Below are positions 39,911 through 49,904 of a stretch of 64,000 bases of DNA, piece after piece. The notes under the pieces were generated by a model that had not been told where the DNA came from, made no database searches, and saw only the letters and a list, made by a program, of their open reading frames with translations. The stretch lies in the NCBI GenBank assembly GCA_963752285.1, contig CAVVXN010000003.1, forward strand, positions 1 to 64,000. The letters are read 5' to 3'. Positions within the stretch are counted from its first letter, which is position 1. Every line of letters begins with the position of its first letter. This stretch comes from an uncultured Planctomycetota bacterium (GTDB lineage Bacteria; Planctomycetota; PLA2; JAEUHO01). The translations under genes and the position numbers were made by a program.

Positions 39911-42472
39911 ATGACGCGCTTCACGAGGTTCACGCGGCTCCTCACCCTCGCGTCCGTAGCGTTGACCACCACGTCGACGCTCGTGCTGGCCGGTTGCGGC
40001 AACGGCTCGACGTCGGACGCGGTGACGCTTCCGCCCTCGACGATGGTGAAGGTGCATCAGTTCGCGTACGACCAGGCGACGAAGACCTATCTCGTGATGG
40101 GCGAGACCGTGACGCAGGACGCCGTCGATCGCGACCTCGTCGGCTCTCTCTGCGTTCACTGCCACTCGGACCAGGTCAGCCAGCTGCGCGACAGCGCGCA
40201 CTTCAAGCTCGCCGCGAAGACGAAGCGGGTGCTGTTCCCCGGCGGCGGCGCCCACGGCATGCTCGATCGCGCGTGCGGCCTCCCCGCCACGACCGGCCTC
40301 ACGAACTACAACTCGAACGTCGGTCTGAACGAATGCGCGAAGTGCCACGTGGACCGCTACATGCCCGCGATGGAGGGCTTCTTCGCGAGCATGTTCGGCC
40401 CGATGGGCGTGGCCGATCCGTCGGGCGAGGCGAGGCGCCTGGTGGACGCCGGACTCGACTGCATGGTCTGCCACGCCGCGAAGTACAAGTCGCACCCGAC
40501 CTCCGGCGTGCTGGCCGACGTCGCCGGCACCGCGACGGCGGACGCCACCTCCCCGACCCGCATCGGCGCGGCGCGTGACGCGCGCGACGACGGCGACTTC
40601 AACCACGACGGGAAGCCCGACCTGGTGATCGACGTGAACGGCGACGGGACGCCCGACGTGCCCCTCATGATGGACCGCGACGGCGACGGGACGCCCGAGA
40701 CGCCCTGGCCCACCGTGGCGCAGGACCGGAGCGCCGAGGCGATCCTCAGCATGGGGCCGACCTCCGAGGAGGCGTGCCTCAGGTGCCACGAGCACGCGCG
40801 CACGGGCTACAAGCGCGGCACCCTCTTCCTCGAGGGTCACGACGTCCACGCGAGCGCCACGAGCGGCCCGTTCCAGGGCGCCGACAACCGCTGCACGGTC
40901 TGCCACACCGCCGCCTGGCACAAGTTCGTCCGCGGCCACGAGGTGGGCGGCGACCTGGCCGCCGCGGACTACCCGCCGCCGGCTCCCGGGACGGCGCCGA
41001 ACCCCGCCGACCCCACCGAGCTCACCTGCCAGAAGTGTCACGATCCCGCGACCCTTCCGGAGTGGATCCACACCGAGCGGCACCTCGCCGTGATGGCCTG
41101 CGAGACGTGCCACATCCCGTACTCGAGCGGCATCACGTACTCGCTCTTCGGCCACGGGGGTCACGTCGCGTTCGCGCGCACCGACGCGGGGACGGACACG
41201 AAGCTGGTGGTGGCCGACATGTACGCCGCGGACGGCCGCGCCGACGTGGACGCCGACTGGGAGGCGTTCAAGAGCCGGCCGATCCTGACGTGGTTCGACG
41301 GCGGGACCTCGTTCCTCGCGCAGTCGCTCTCCGTGCGCGGGATGCCCAACGCGCGCATCACGCCCTTCAAGCCCATGGCCAACGGCATGGTCTTCGACGC
41401 GAGGTTCTTCCAGGGCGCGACCCTGAAGAACGACGCGGGCGCGGACTACAACGCGTACTCCATGTACCGGTTCTTCGCGAACGGCATGAACGCCGAGGCT
41501 TTCCAGGCGCTCGGCATGCTCGAGATGAGCCCCGCCGCGGTCCGGCAGGTGACGCTCAACAGCTTCTTCGACCCGGACCCCACGGTCCAGGCGATGGCGC
41601 TGATGCAGATCTTCCCGAACCTCGTGTACTTCGACAAGGCAGACTACGGCTACGAGCACTACCTCACGAAGACCGGATCGCCCTACGACCAGAACCACGA
41701 CGGGGTGATCGACGCCGGGCAGCCCTTCCTCTTCGACATGCTGCACGCGTCGAACGCCGGTCTCGCCCAGTTCCAGGCCTTCAACGGCCCGATGGGCTTC
41801 CCGAAGGCCTACTCGTGGTACCCGACCTTCTCGGGCGTCCAGGACGTGATCAGCATGAAGCTCCCCGACGGGAGCCTCATCAAGATGTTCCTCGAGATGC
41901 AGGCCACAAAGCTCCCGCCGGACCAGCAGGCCGCGTACCTCGCGGCGGTCGCGAGCTACCCCGCCTACTCGAACGTCACGCTCGGGGGGCACGGCGTGCT
42001 CCCGAAGGAGGCGGCGCTCGGGAACAACTGCATGGACTGCCACGGCGCGGGCGGCGTGCTGTCGCACCCGGTCCCGGTCACCCGGAAGGTCCGGACCGAC
42101 ATGGGGATGCTCGGCCAGCTCGACCTCCCGCTCTACCGGTGGCGGTACTACCAGGTGCGGGCCCTCACGGACCTCGGCCTCTCGACCAGCTCGGAGGAGG
42201 TGTTGGCCGGCGCGAAGAACGTGGATGTCGCCGGGAATACGACCTACCTCCGGGACAGCGCGACCGACTTCGTGCTGAACTGGCTCGTGCCGAACGCGCC
42301 GGGCGGCTACCGCGCGGCCGACGACCCGACGGCCCTCCAGGGCACGGGCCTCACGGCCGACGACCTGACCTGGCACGGTGGGGCCTGGATGCCGGTCCTC
42401 GAGCCCGTCGTGGACATGCGCCCCAACTACGAGGTCTTGGGGTACGACAGGTCGGAGATCCTCTGGAACTAG
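39911..42472 (+). CDS. Octaheme c-type cytochrome lipoprotein
   Basis: LAGC lipobox; eight CxxCH motifs (CVHCH, CAKCH, CMVCH, CLRCH, CTVCH, CQKCH, CETCH, CMDCH). Confidence 0.92.
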   Translation: MTRFTRFTRLLTLASVALTTTSTLVLAGCGNGSTSDAVTLPPSTMVKVHQFAYDQATKTYLVMGETVTQDAVDRDLVGSLCVHCHSDQVSQLRDSAHFKLAAKTKRVLFPGGGAHGMLDRACGLPATTGLTNYNSNVGLNECAKCHVDRYMPAMEGFFASMFGPMGVADPSGEARRLVDAGLDCMVCHAAKYKSHPTSGVLADVAGTATADATSPTRIGAARDARDDGDFNHDGKPDLVIDVNGDGTPDVPLMMDRDGDGTPETPWPTVAQDRSAEAILSMGPTSEEACLRCHEHARTGYKRGTLFLEGHDVHASATSGPFQGADNRCTVCHTAAWHKFVRGHEVGGDLAAADYPPPAPGTAPNPADPTELTCQKCHDPATLPEWIHTERHLAVMACETCHIPYSSGITYSLFGHGGHVAFARTDAGTDTKLVVADMYAADGRADVDADWEAFKSRPILTWFDGGTSFLAQSLSVRGMPNARITPFKPMANGMVFDARFFQGATLKNDAGADYNAYSMYRFFANGMNAEAFQALGMLEMSPAAVRQVTLNSFFDPDPTVQAMALMQIFPNLVYFDKADYGYEHYLTKTGSPYDQNHDGVIDAGQPFLFDMLHASNAGLAQFQAFNGPMGFPKAYSWYPTFSGVQDVISMKLPDGSLIKMFLEMQATKLPPDQQAAYLAAVASYPAYSNVTLGGHGVLPKEAALGNNCMDCHGAGGVLSHPVPVTRKVRTDMGMLGQLDLPLYRWRYYQVRALTDLGLSTSSEEVLAGAKNVDVAGNTTYLRDSATDFVLNWLVPNAPGGYRAADDPTALQGTGLTADDLTWHGGAWMPVLEPVVDMRPNYEVLGYDRSEILWN

Positions 42473-42633
42473 GGGGGTATTCCAGCCTCCCCCCTTGGGG
42501 ACGGCCGGCACGCTGAGAGGCCAGTTCGCACGCCTTCCTCCTCCTTGCGTCCGTTCGGACGCGGCGTCGTCGTCATGCGCACTCCTTTGGCCTCTCAGCG
42601 CGCCGCTTGGTGGAGGCCGCGTTGGCGTGCGTT

Positions 42634-43166
42634 GCTCGCGGGGCCGCCTTTGGCGGCGCCGCGTCGCGGGCGGTGTGGGGCGGGCTCGCGGGGCCGCCTT
42701 TGGCGGCGCCGCGTCGCGGGCGGTGTGGGGCGGGCTCGCGGGGCCGCCTTTGGCGGCGCCGCGTCGCGGGGGTGTGGGGCGGGCTCGCGGGGCCGCCTTT
42801 GGCGGCGCCGCGTCGCGGGGGTGTGGGGCGGGCTCGCGGGGCCGCCTTCGGCGGCGCCGCGTCGCGGGGGTGTGGGGCGGGCTCGCGGGGCCGCCTTTGG
42901 CGGCGCCGCGTCGCGGGCGGTGTGGGGCGGGCTCGCGGGGCCGCCTTTGGCGGCGCCGCGTCGCGGGCGGTGTGGGGCGGGCTCGCGGGGCCGCCTTTGG
43001 CGGCGCCGCGTCGCGGGGGTGTGGGGCGGGCTTGTGGGGCCGCCTTTGGCGGCGCCGCGTCGCGGGCGGTGTGGGGCGGGCTTGTGGGGCCGCCTTTGGC
43101 GGCGCCGCGTCGCGGGGGTGTGGGGCGGGCTTGTGGGGCCGCCTTTGGCGGCGCCGCGTCGCGGGG
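42634..43166 (+). repeat. Tandem array, 11 x 49-50 bp, G-rich with internal hairpins
   Basis: Unit GCTCGCGGGGCCGCCTTTGGCGGCGCCGCGTCGCGGG(C)GGTGTGGGGCGG starts at 42634, 42684, 42734, 42783, 42832, 42881, 42931, 42981, 43030, 43080 and 43129. Confidence 0.95.
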
Positions 43167-43320
43167 GAGGGGCGGACTCGCGGGGAGACCGTCTGGTTAC
43201 CGGGCGGGGGCGGGGGCGGGGGGTGGGGGGCCGCTCGGCGGGGGGCGCTGCCGGCGGATCCTCGACGGATGCGGGGGGGTTGGCCTATACATGACGGCCG
43301 ATCCCTGGAGGAGGGACCCC

Positions 43321-43806
43321 ATGCGACGCCCCTCGCGTTCGATCCCCGTGGGCCTCATCGCCATCGCGCTCGGGCTCGGGCTCGGTCTCGGGCTCGTCGG
43401 GTGCGGCAGCGGCGGAGACGGGACCGGCACCGCGGGCGCCCCCCAGGCGCAGGACCAGCTCGTGATCTCGGGAACCGGCGGTTCCGAGGACGTGCGGAAC
43501 CAGCCGGTCCAGACCGTGATCGTCCAGTCCTTCCAGAAGGACGTGTTCGTCTACCAGACCGTCGGCACGATGTACGTGGTGGACCCGCCCGCCGGCACCG
43601 GCGGAGAGAACAACGTCAGCTTCGTGAACGACGCCCAGGTCGGACTCGTCGAGGTGGACAACGACGGGAACTCCGTCTACGTCGGGGGCACCACCCACGT
43701 CGGCACGGTCCGCGTGAAGGGCAACGGGAACACCGTCTACGTCGTGGCGGGCAGTACGACGGTGGACAACCAGGGCATCGGCAACGCCATCGTGAACCTG
43801 CCCTGA
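43321..43806 (+). CDS. Lipoprotein with beta-solenoid-like G/N/V repeats
   Basis: LVGC lipobox; VKGNGNTVYV-type repeats. Confidence 0.75.
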   Translation: MRRPSRSIPVGLIAIALGLGLGLGLVGCGSGGDGTGTAGAPQAQDQLVISGTGGSEDVRNQPVQTVIVQSFQKDVFVYQTVGTMYVVDPPAGTGGENNVSFVNDAQVGLVEVDNDGNSVYVGGTTHVGTVRVKGNGNTVYVVAGSTTVDNQGIGNAIVNLP

Positions 43807-44120
43807 TGTCCGAGGTGGTCCTCGCCCTGTATCGGCCCCACGAGGGCCAGGCGGACGCGCTCGCCCGCCTGGTCGAGCGTCACCTGCCGCTCCTTCGCGA
43901 GAAGGGGCTCGTGACGGACCGCCCGTCCCTGTTGCTCCGCGCCTCGGACGGGACGCTCCTCGAGATCTTCGAGTGGAGGGCGGGGGCACCCCAAAAGGCG
44001 CACGTGGACCCCGGCGTGGACGCCCTGTGGGACGAGATGGGGAAGATCGCCGACTTCCCCTCGCTGCGCGACCTCCCCGAGGCGGGGACGCGGTTCCCGC
44101 ACTTCGTCCCCGTGGCGTGA
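43806..44120 (+). CDS. Small hypothetical protein (dimeric alpha-beta-barrel-like)
   Basis: Coupled ATG; MSEVVLALYRPHEG...LLEIFEW. Confidence 0.7.
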   Translation: MSEVVLALYRPHEGQADALARLVERHLPLLREKGLVTDRPSLLLRASDGTLLEIFEWRAGAPQKAHVDPGVDALWDEMGKIADFPSLRDLPEAGTRFPHFVPVA

Positions 44121-45943
44121 CGGGCCGCCGCGTGCGCGCACCGTCTCGCGTACGGCGCGGCGTCGCCTTGCTCCTTGCCCTCGCCCTCGCGTTCGCGGGC
44201 GGCCTTGCGTCGTGCGGGGGCTCGGGAGGAGGCTCGACCCCGACCCCGGAGCCGCCCACCGTGCTCCTCGCCATCGGCGACGCGACCGCCGACTCCGTCG
44301 TCCTCCTGGCGGCCCCGACCGCGCTCGGCCCGGTGCACTTCGAGGTGGACGACGACGCGGACCTCGCGAGCCCGCTCGTCTCCACCTCGGTGGACGCGGT
44401 CGGGACCGACCTGCCCGTGAAGCTCGACGTGTCGGGTCTGCTCGCCGGCACGCCGTACTTCGTGCGCGCGACGGACGCCGCGGGCCGCGCCCGGACGGGC
44501 CGGTTCCGCACGCCGGCCGCGCCGGGCGCCCGGCGCGGGCTCCGCTTCGGCGTGAGCGGCGACTGGCGCGGCGAACTCGCGCCATACCCCTCCGTCGCGA
44601 ACGTGCCGTCCCGGGACCTCGACTTCTTCGTCGAGCTCGGCGACACGATCTACGCCGACTTCCCTTCGCCGGCCGTTCCCGCGGCGCAGGCCTCGACCGT
44701 CGCCCAGTATCGCGCGAAGCACCACGAGGCCTACGCGCCGCACCTGGGTCTCGAGGCGTTGGGCGCCATTCGACGGAACACCGTCGTCTACGCGATGCTC
44801 GACGACCACGAGGTCACGAACGACTTCGCCGGGGGCGCGCCGGCCGGAAGCGACGCGAGGTTCTCGCTCTCCGGCGGGGAGACCTTCCTCTCCGACACGA
44901 CGCTCTTCGCCCACGGTCTCGACGCGTTCGTCGCGTGGAACCCGATCCGGGACGAGACATGGTCGGGAACGAACGACCCCGACGCCCCGGGCTCGCCCGA
45001 CCCGCGGATGGAGGGACGTCGGCGGCTCTACCGCGCGCGTCGCTTCGGCGACGACGCCGTGCTCCTCGTGGTGGACGCGCGGTCGTTTCGGAGCGAGCCG
45101 ATCGCGGACGTCCTGGACCCCAACGACACGGCGGGTCTCGACGCGTTCTTCCGTGCGACCTACGGCCTCGACACGACCCTCGACACGGGCGGGCGGACGC
45201 GGACCTTTCTCGGGGCGAGCCAGGTCCAGGCGCTCGAGGCCGACCTCCTGGCCGCCCAGTCGGACGGCGTCCAGTGGAAGTTCGTGCTCGTGCCCGAGCC
45301 GATCCAGAATCTCGCGCCGTTCGCGGCGTCGGACCGCTACGAGGGGTATGCCCGCGAGCGCGACGCGCTGCTCCGCTTCGTCGCGGAGCAGGCCGTCACG
45401 AACGTCGTCTTCGTCGCGGCCGACATCCACGGCACGCTCGTGAACGACCTCTCCTACCAGATCCCGCCCGACGTCGGCCCCGGGCAGCCCCGCTACGACG
45501 TGCCGGGCGCATTCGAGATCACGACGGGCCCCGTCGCGTTCGACGCGCCGTTCGGCCCTACCGTCGTGGACCAGGCCGTGGCCGCGGGCCTCATCACGCC
45601 CGCCGAGCGGACGGCGTACCGCGCCCTCTCGATGGACCAGAAGGACGCCCTCCTCCACCAGACGTACGACGACCTGATCGCGACCCCGCCCGCCCAGGGC
45701 GGCCTCGGGCTCGACCCGCTGGGCCTCGCGGCCGCGAAGGCGACGCTGCTGGAGGGCGACTGGGTCCGCGTGAACGCGTACGGGTGGACCGAGCTCTCGA
45801 TCGACGCGTCCACCGGCCGGCTCGAAGTCACGACGTACGGGATCGATCCCTACACCGCGAACGACCTTCTGCGCGACCCCGGCGCGGTCATCACCCGCGC
45901 GCCCCGCGTGATCCAGCGCTTCGTCCTCGATCCGACGCCCTGA
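44117..45943 (+). CDS. phoD: PhoD-like alkaline phosphatase, lipoprotein
   Basis: LGDTIYAD, LDDHEVTND, DRYEGY, AADIH. Confidence 0.85.
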   Translation: MTGRRVRAPSRVRRGVALLLALALAFAGGLASCGGSGGGSTPTPEPPTVLLAIGDATADSVVLLAAPTALGPVHFEVDDDADLASPLVSTSVDAVGTDLPVKLDVSGLLAGTPYFVRATDAAGRARTGRFRTPAAPGARRGLRFGVSGDWRGELAPYPSVANVPSRDLDFFVELGDTIYADFPSPAVPAAQASTVAQYRAKHHEAYAPHLGLEALGAIRRNTVVYAMLDDHEVTNDFAGGAPAGSDARFSLSGGETFLSDTTLFAHGLDAFVAWNPIRDETWSGTNDPDAPGSPDPRMEGRRRLYRARRFGDDAVLLVVDARSFRSEPIADVLDPNDTAGLDAFFRATYGLDTTLDTGGRTRTFLGASQVQALEADLLAAQSDGVQWKFVLVPEPIQNLAPFAASDRYEGYARERDALLRFVAEQAVTNVVFVAADIHGTLVNDLSYQIPPDVGPGQPRYDVPGAFEITTGPVAFDAPFGPTVVDQAVAAGLITPAERTAYRALSMDQKDALLHQTYDDLIATPPAQGGLGLDPLGLAAAKATLLEGDWVRVNAYGWTELSIDASTGRLEVTTYGIDPYTANDLLRDPGAVITRAPRVIQRFVLDPTP

Positions 45944-45945
45944 GC

Positions 45946-46539
45946 TCAGCGCGACTTCGCGAGCCCGTGCGGGTGGTACCCCCGAACGTACCCGATCAGG
46001 TCCCGAAAGAAGTCGTGGTACCCGAAGGCGTGCATCTCCTCGACGGCGTCCTCGTTCGACCAGCGGTCCACCTCGATGCGGTAGAGGGCGGCCATCGTTC
46101 CCGTTCGATCCTGCCCGTGGGCGCAGTGGAAGTACACGGGGCGCCGCGCGGGGTCGAGCACCACGTCGAAGAACTCGCGCACCTGGGCCTCGGTCGGGGG
46201 CTCGGAGCCGAAGATGTCGGCCTGGAGCGGGATGTGTACGTACGAGAAGCCCCTCGACTCGACCGCCCGACGCTCGTCGTGATGCTGGCGGAGGCTTACG
46301 ATCGTCCGGACGCCGAGCCGGCGGAGCTCGTCGTAGCCTTGCGCGTCGGGCTGGCCCCCGCGGTAGAGACCGTCGTCGATCCGCGCGAGGTGGGGAATCG
46401 GCGAGGCGATCGGCGTCGCGATCGTCTGACCGCCGCTCGTCCGCGTGCGATCGGTCGCGCCGGGCGCGGGACCGGAGCACCGTCCCACGAGCAGCGGGAC
46501 CAGGAGGAGCAGGAGGAGCGAACAGCGGGGAGGTCGCAC
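45946..46539 (-). CDS. Exported Cys-dependent (tyrosine/dual-specificity) phosphatase
   Basis: LYRGGQP and HCAHGQDRTG (CX5R). Confidence 0.88.
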   Translation of the reverse strand: MRPPRCSLLLLLLVPLLVGRCSGPAPGATDRTRTSGGQTIATPIASPIPHLARIDDGLYRGGQPDAQGYDELRRLGVRTIVSLRQHHDERRAVESRGFSYVHIPLQADIFGSEPPTEAQVREFFDVVLDPARRPVYFHCAHGQDRTGTMAALYRIEVDRWSNEDAVEEMHAFGYHDFFRDLIGYVRGYHPHGLAKSR

Positions 46540-46593
46540 GGTTCGCGGCCAGGATAGGCGAGGGCGTGAGCCCGGAGGGCCCGGGCACGAGAA

Positions 46594-46624
46594 GGCCGTC
46601 ACGAGGGAGGGCCTCGTGACGGCC
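46594..46624. terminator. Strong hairpin downstream of the small ORF
   Basis: GGCCGTCACGAGG-GAGGG-CCTCGTGACGGCC. Confidence 0.65.
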
Positions 46625-46645
46625 GTTCGTCCGAAACCGGACCTG

Positions 46646-46795
46646 CTACGGCTTCTTCGGCGGCTGCGACACCGGCGGAGTGGAGGGCCGGCTGGGCGGC
46701 GTCGAGGGAGCGGGCCTCGCCTGCGGCTGGGCGGGCGACGCCTTCGACGGCGGGGTGCTGGTCTTGGGTCCGGTTTCCTTCTTCGGGGTGGCCAC
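46646..46795 (-). CDS. Small Pro/Lys-rich peptide (49 aa; alternative ATG at 46810)
   Basis: GGAG RBS before GTG, sigma54-type promoter upstream, hairpin downstream. Confidence 0.55.
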   Translation of the reverse strand: MATPKKETGPKTSTPPSKASPAQPQARPAPSTPPSRPSTPPVSQPPKKP

Positions 46796-46878
46796 GATCG
46801 ACGTCTCCATGCGCCGGGCGGGCGCGCGCGGCAGCGACGCGGCCGGAGGGATCCGGCCGGGGTGCCGGCCGAGGGGGG

Positions 46879-46894
46879 AGCAACGCGCGTTCCC
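46879..46894 (-). promoter_or_regulatory. Sigma54 -24/-12 promoter
   Basis: GGGAACGCGCGTTGCT (GG-N10-GC) next to a divergent sigma54 activator. Confidence 0.65.
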
Positions 46895-47053
46895 GGGGCG
46901 TCCTCCGATCTCTGACATCGCAAGTCACTTTGGAGCAAGGACTTACGACGACCGTGGCGGGGGGCCCGGCGGCCGGGACTCGACGGGCGCTCGCCGCACC
47001 GGAAAATCGGGGGCGTGCCGCCGGGAATCCGGTCCCTCGCGGCGGGAGACCCC

Positions 47054-48109
47054 GTGGGACTCTCGATCGTCCTGGCCGCTCCCCCGACCCTGCTCGACGA
47101 CGTCTCGACGGCGAACCCGGCGATGCGACGTCTCGTCGAGACCGCGCGCCGCGTCGCGGCGAGCGACTCGTCGGTCCTCGTGCTCGGCGAGACGGGCGCG
47201 GGCAAGGAGTGGCTCGCCCGGGCCGTGCACCGCGCCGGACCGCGCGCGGGAGGGCCGTTCGTGGCGGTGAATTGCGGCGCCCTCCCCGAGACCCTCCTCG
47301 AGAGCGAGCTGTTCGGGCACGAGAAGGGCGCCTTCACCGGCGCGATTCGCGTGCACCGCGGGCACTTCGAGGTCGCGACGGGCGGCACGATCTTCTTGGA
47401 CGAGGTGGCGGAGCTCCCGCCTCATCTCCAGGTGCGGCTCCTGCGCGTGCTCCAGGAGCGGGCCGTGCAACGGGTCGGCGGCGAGCACCCCACCGCGGTG
47501 GACGTCCGCGTGATCGCGGCGACGAACCGCGACGTGTCCCAGGACCTCGCGCGGGGGCGCCTCCGGGAGGACCTCTATTACCGCCTCGCCGTCGTCACGC
47601 TCACGATGCCCCCGCTGAGAGATCGCGCCGAAGACATCCCCGCGCTCGCGCGCTCGTTCCTGGAGCGCCACGCGCGCGCGGGGTCCCCCGAGGGGCGGGA
47701 CCTTGCCCCGGAGGCGATGGAAGCGCTCCGCCGCTATCCCTGGCCCGGGAACGTGCGCGAGCTGGCCAACGTGATCGAGCGCGCCGTCCTCCTCTGCTCG
47801 GGGTCGCGGATCGAGGCCACCGATCTCCCCGCCGAGATCGCGCTCGGTACCGCCCTCGCGGCCGCGTCGCCATCGCCGGCGCGGGCGGCCGGTCACGAGG
47901 TGCCGTTCTCCGACGCGAGGCGCGACGCGCTCGACCGCTTCGAGCGGGCGTACGTGGACGACGTCCTGAGGAAGGCCGGCGGTCGCGTCGGCGAGGCCGC
48001 GGCGCGCGCGGGCCTGAGCCCGCGCACGCTCTACGACCTGATGCGCCGTCACGGCCTCAAGAAAGAGGACTACCGCTTCCGGGCGGAGGCCGCGTCGCCG
48101 CAGGTCTGA
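47054..48109 (+). CDS. Sigma54-dependent enhancer-binding protein (AAA+ plus Fis-HTH, no sensory domain)
   Basis: [36 protein letters not shown]. Start uncertain. Confidence 0.93.
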   Translation: MGLSIVLAAPPTLLDDVSTANPAMRRLVETARRVAASDSSVLVLGETGAGKEWLARAVHRAGPRAGGPFVAVNCGALPETLLESELFGHEKGAFTGAIRVHRGHFEVATGGTIFLDEVAELPPHLQVRLLRVLQERAVQRVGGEHPTAVDVRVIAATNRDVSQDLARGRLREDLYYRLAVVTLTMPPLRDRAEDIPALARSFLERHARAGSPEGRDLAPEAMEALRRYPWPGNVRELANVIERAVLLCSGSRIEATDLPAEIALGTALAAASPSPARAAGHEVPFSDARRDALDRFERAYVDDVLRKAGGRVGEAAARAGLSPRTLYDLMRRHGLKKEDYRFRAEAASPQV

Positions 48110-48137
48110 GAAGCGCGGCGGAGTCGGTGCCGCGGCG

Positions 48138-49733
48138 TCAGACCCCCGCGTCGGACCCGAGGTCGCCCTTCAGGTCGTCGAAGCCGCGGTCCAGCGCCTC
48201 GACCTGCCGCTTCAGGTCTTCCTGCGCGATTCGCACGCGCTCGAGGATCCGGTTCCCCCCCGAGCGGACCGTCTCGGCTGCGCGGCGGATCTCGTCGAGT
48301 GCGTCGGCCTGCTTCTCGATCCGTCGGATGGCGCGTTCGATGGCCTCGAGGTCGGCACCCCTTTCCTCGCGCGCCGTCGCCGCGCGGATCGAGATCGCGC
48401 GCGCCGCCGCGATGGCCGCTTCCACGACCACGTCGGTCGCGCGGTCCTCGGCGTCCCACACGACGACGAAGTCGTTCCCGTACCGTGCGAGCGGCCGGGT
48501 CCCGGCGGGCGCGGTCCGGCGCGAGTAGACGAAGATCCCGACGGAGGCCCCGCGGTTCTTCCGCGCGACGTCCATCTCGTTCCGCGCGCGCGAGAGGTCG
48601 TACGACGCGTCCTCCTTCGCCTCCACGACGATCCGCGCGCCCGCGGCGCGCGTGTCCGGGCCCATCTCGATCACGGCGTCGCCGACCTTCGAGTTCGCGA
48701 TGAGTCCCGTGCTCTGGCCCGTCGCGGTGGCGACGTCGCCGTTGGCCTGCGCGAGGTCCATCAGCAGGTCGAACAGCGCCGACTCGAAGTCCGCGCCGTG
48801 ACGCGTGGATCGGAGAGACTCCTCGCGTCGGGCCTGGAGCGCGGCGAGGGCCGACTTCACCTCCTCCTGGAACTTCGTGGCCGTCTCGCGGTGGTCCTCG
48901 AGGACCGCGAGGAGCTGACTTCGCATGCGCGCGAGCGCGGAGTCGTCGTCGTCGAGGGTGAACTCGCGGTGGATCTGCCGTTGCGCGGACTCGACGCGGC
49001 CTACGAGGCGGCTGAGCGCGCTGTTCTCGTCGTCGAGCGAGAACTCCCCGACGACCTTCTCGACGCTGCCCTTGAGCGCGTCGGTGAGCTTCCCGTGGCT
49101 CTCCGTGAGCTCGGCGAGCAGGCGGGAGAGCGCGCCGTCCTTCTCGTCGAGGGAGAACTGCCGCAGGATGCCCGCCTTCTGCTCGGCGAGCACGCGCTCC
49201 ACCGAGTCCTCGATCGAGTGCACCACGCCGTTCGCCTCGTCGGGCCCGAGGAGCTTGAGGAGCGGGCTCTGCGCGCCCACGCTCGCGGCGAGGGTCTTCG
49301 CGAGGGTCGAGTCCTCGGCGCCGATCTGCCGGCGGAGCACCTGCTCGAGCTCACCGTCGCGCTTGACGAGGCGCTCGACGCGCTCGGTGAACCGGCCGCT
49401 CTGGGGGTCGAAGTACTCGCGAAGCGCCGTGGCGACCTGGGTCTGGACGGCCTCCCGGTGCGCCTCGAGGCGCGAGCCGAGCGTCTCGACGAGCCGCTCG
49501 CCCTCGCGACGGATCGTGTCCGCGTCCACCCGACCCCGCGCGTGCTCCAGGGCGAGGACGCCGATCCGGAGCGCCGCGAGCGCGGCCTCCTCGCGGGCGC
49601 GGCCCTCGGGCTGGGCGAGGAGCGCGCGGATCACCTCCGCGTCGCGCACGGTGAGCGCGAGCGAGAGTCGGGAGGGGATCGCGTCGCCACCGACGTCCAT
49701 CTGCGAGAGGGCCCGGAGGGAGGGCTCGGCCAT
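48138..49733 (-). CDS. Coiled-coil protein with C-terminal PD-(D/E)xK (RmuC-like) domain
   Basis: HGADFE...GDAVI...IVVEAK; repeated F(S/T)LD....AL.R units. Confidence 0.75.
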   Translation of the reverse strand: MAEPSLRALSQMDVGGDAIPSRLSLALTVRDAEVIRALLAQPEGRAREEAALAALRIGVLALEHARGRVDADTIRREGERLVETLGSRLEAHREAVQTQVATALREYFDPQSGRFTERVERLVKRDGELEQVLRRQIGAEDSTLAKTLAASVGAQSPLLKLLGPDEANGVVHSIEDSVERVLAEQKAGILRQFSLDEKDGALSRLLAELTESHGKLTDALKGSVEKVVGEFSLDDENSALSRLVGRVESAQRQIHREFTLDDDDSALARMRSQLLAVLEDHRETATKFQEEVKSALAALQARREESLRSTRHGADFESALFDLLMDLAQANGDVATATGQSTGLIANSKVGDAVIEMGPDTRAAGARIVVEAKEDASYDLSRARNEMDVARKNRGASVGIFVYSRRTAPAGTRPLARYGNDFVVVWDAEDRATDVVVEAAIAAARAISIRAATAREERGADLEAIERAIRRIEKQADALDEIRRAAETVRSGGNRILERVRIAQEDLKRQVEALDRGFDDLKGDLGSDAGV

Positions 49734-49785
49734 GGGGCCTCCAATCGGGTCGATTGTAAGAACCCCCCCCGACTCCCCCAGGAGT

Positions 49786-49898
49786 CATACGGAGCCAGAG
49801 CAATTCGTCCGAGTTGGCCGGCGTCCGCGCCCCGGCTCCGGCCCGGGCCCAGGTCGCGTCGCGCGGCTGATTCGGACGTTTTGCTCGGGCTCCGTATG
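49786..49898. repeat. REP-like inverted pair (49786-49818 / 49865-49898); third copy at 54785-54816
   Basis: CATACGGAGCCAGAGCAATTCGTCCGA and its reverse complement. Confidence 0.8.
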
Positions 49899-49904
49899 GG
49901 GGGG

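Noticed and set aside
42634..43166. CRISPR array
   Set aside because: Units are head-to-tail with no unique spacers, and there are no cas genes in the window.
42378..43806. Repeat-derived Arg/Gly-rich proteins
   Set aside because: Translations of a 49-50 bp repeat; the real genes start at 43321 and 43806.
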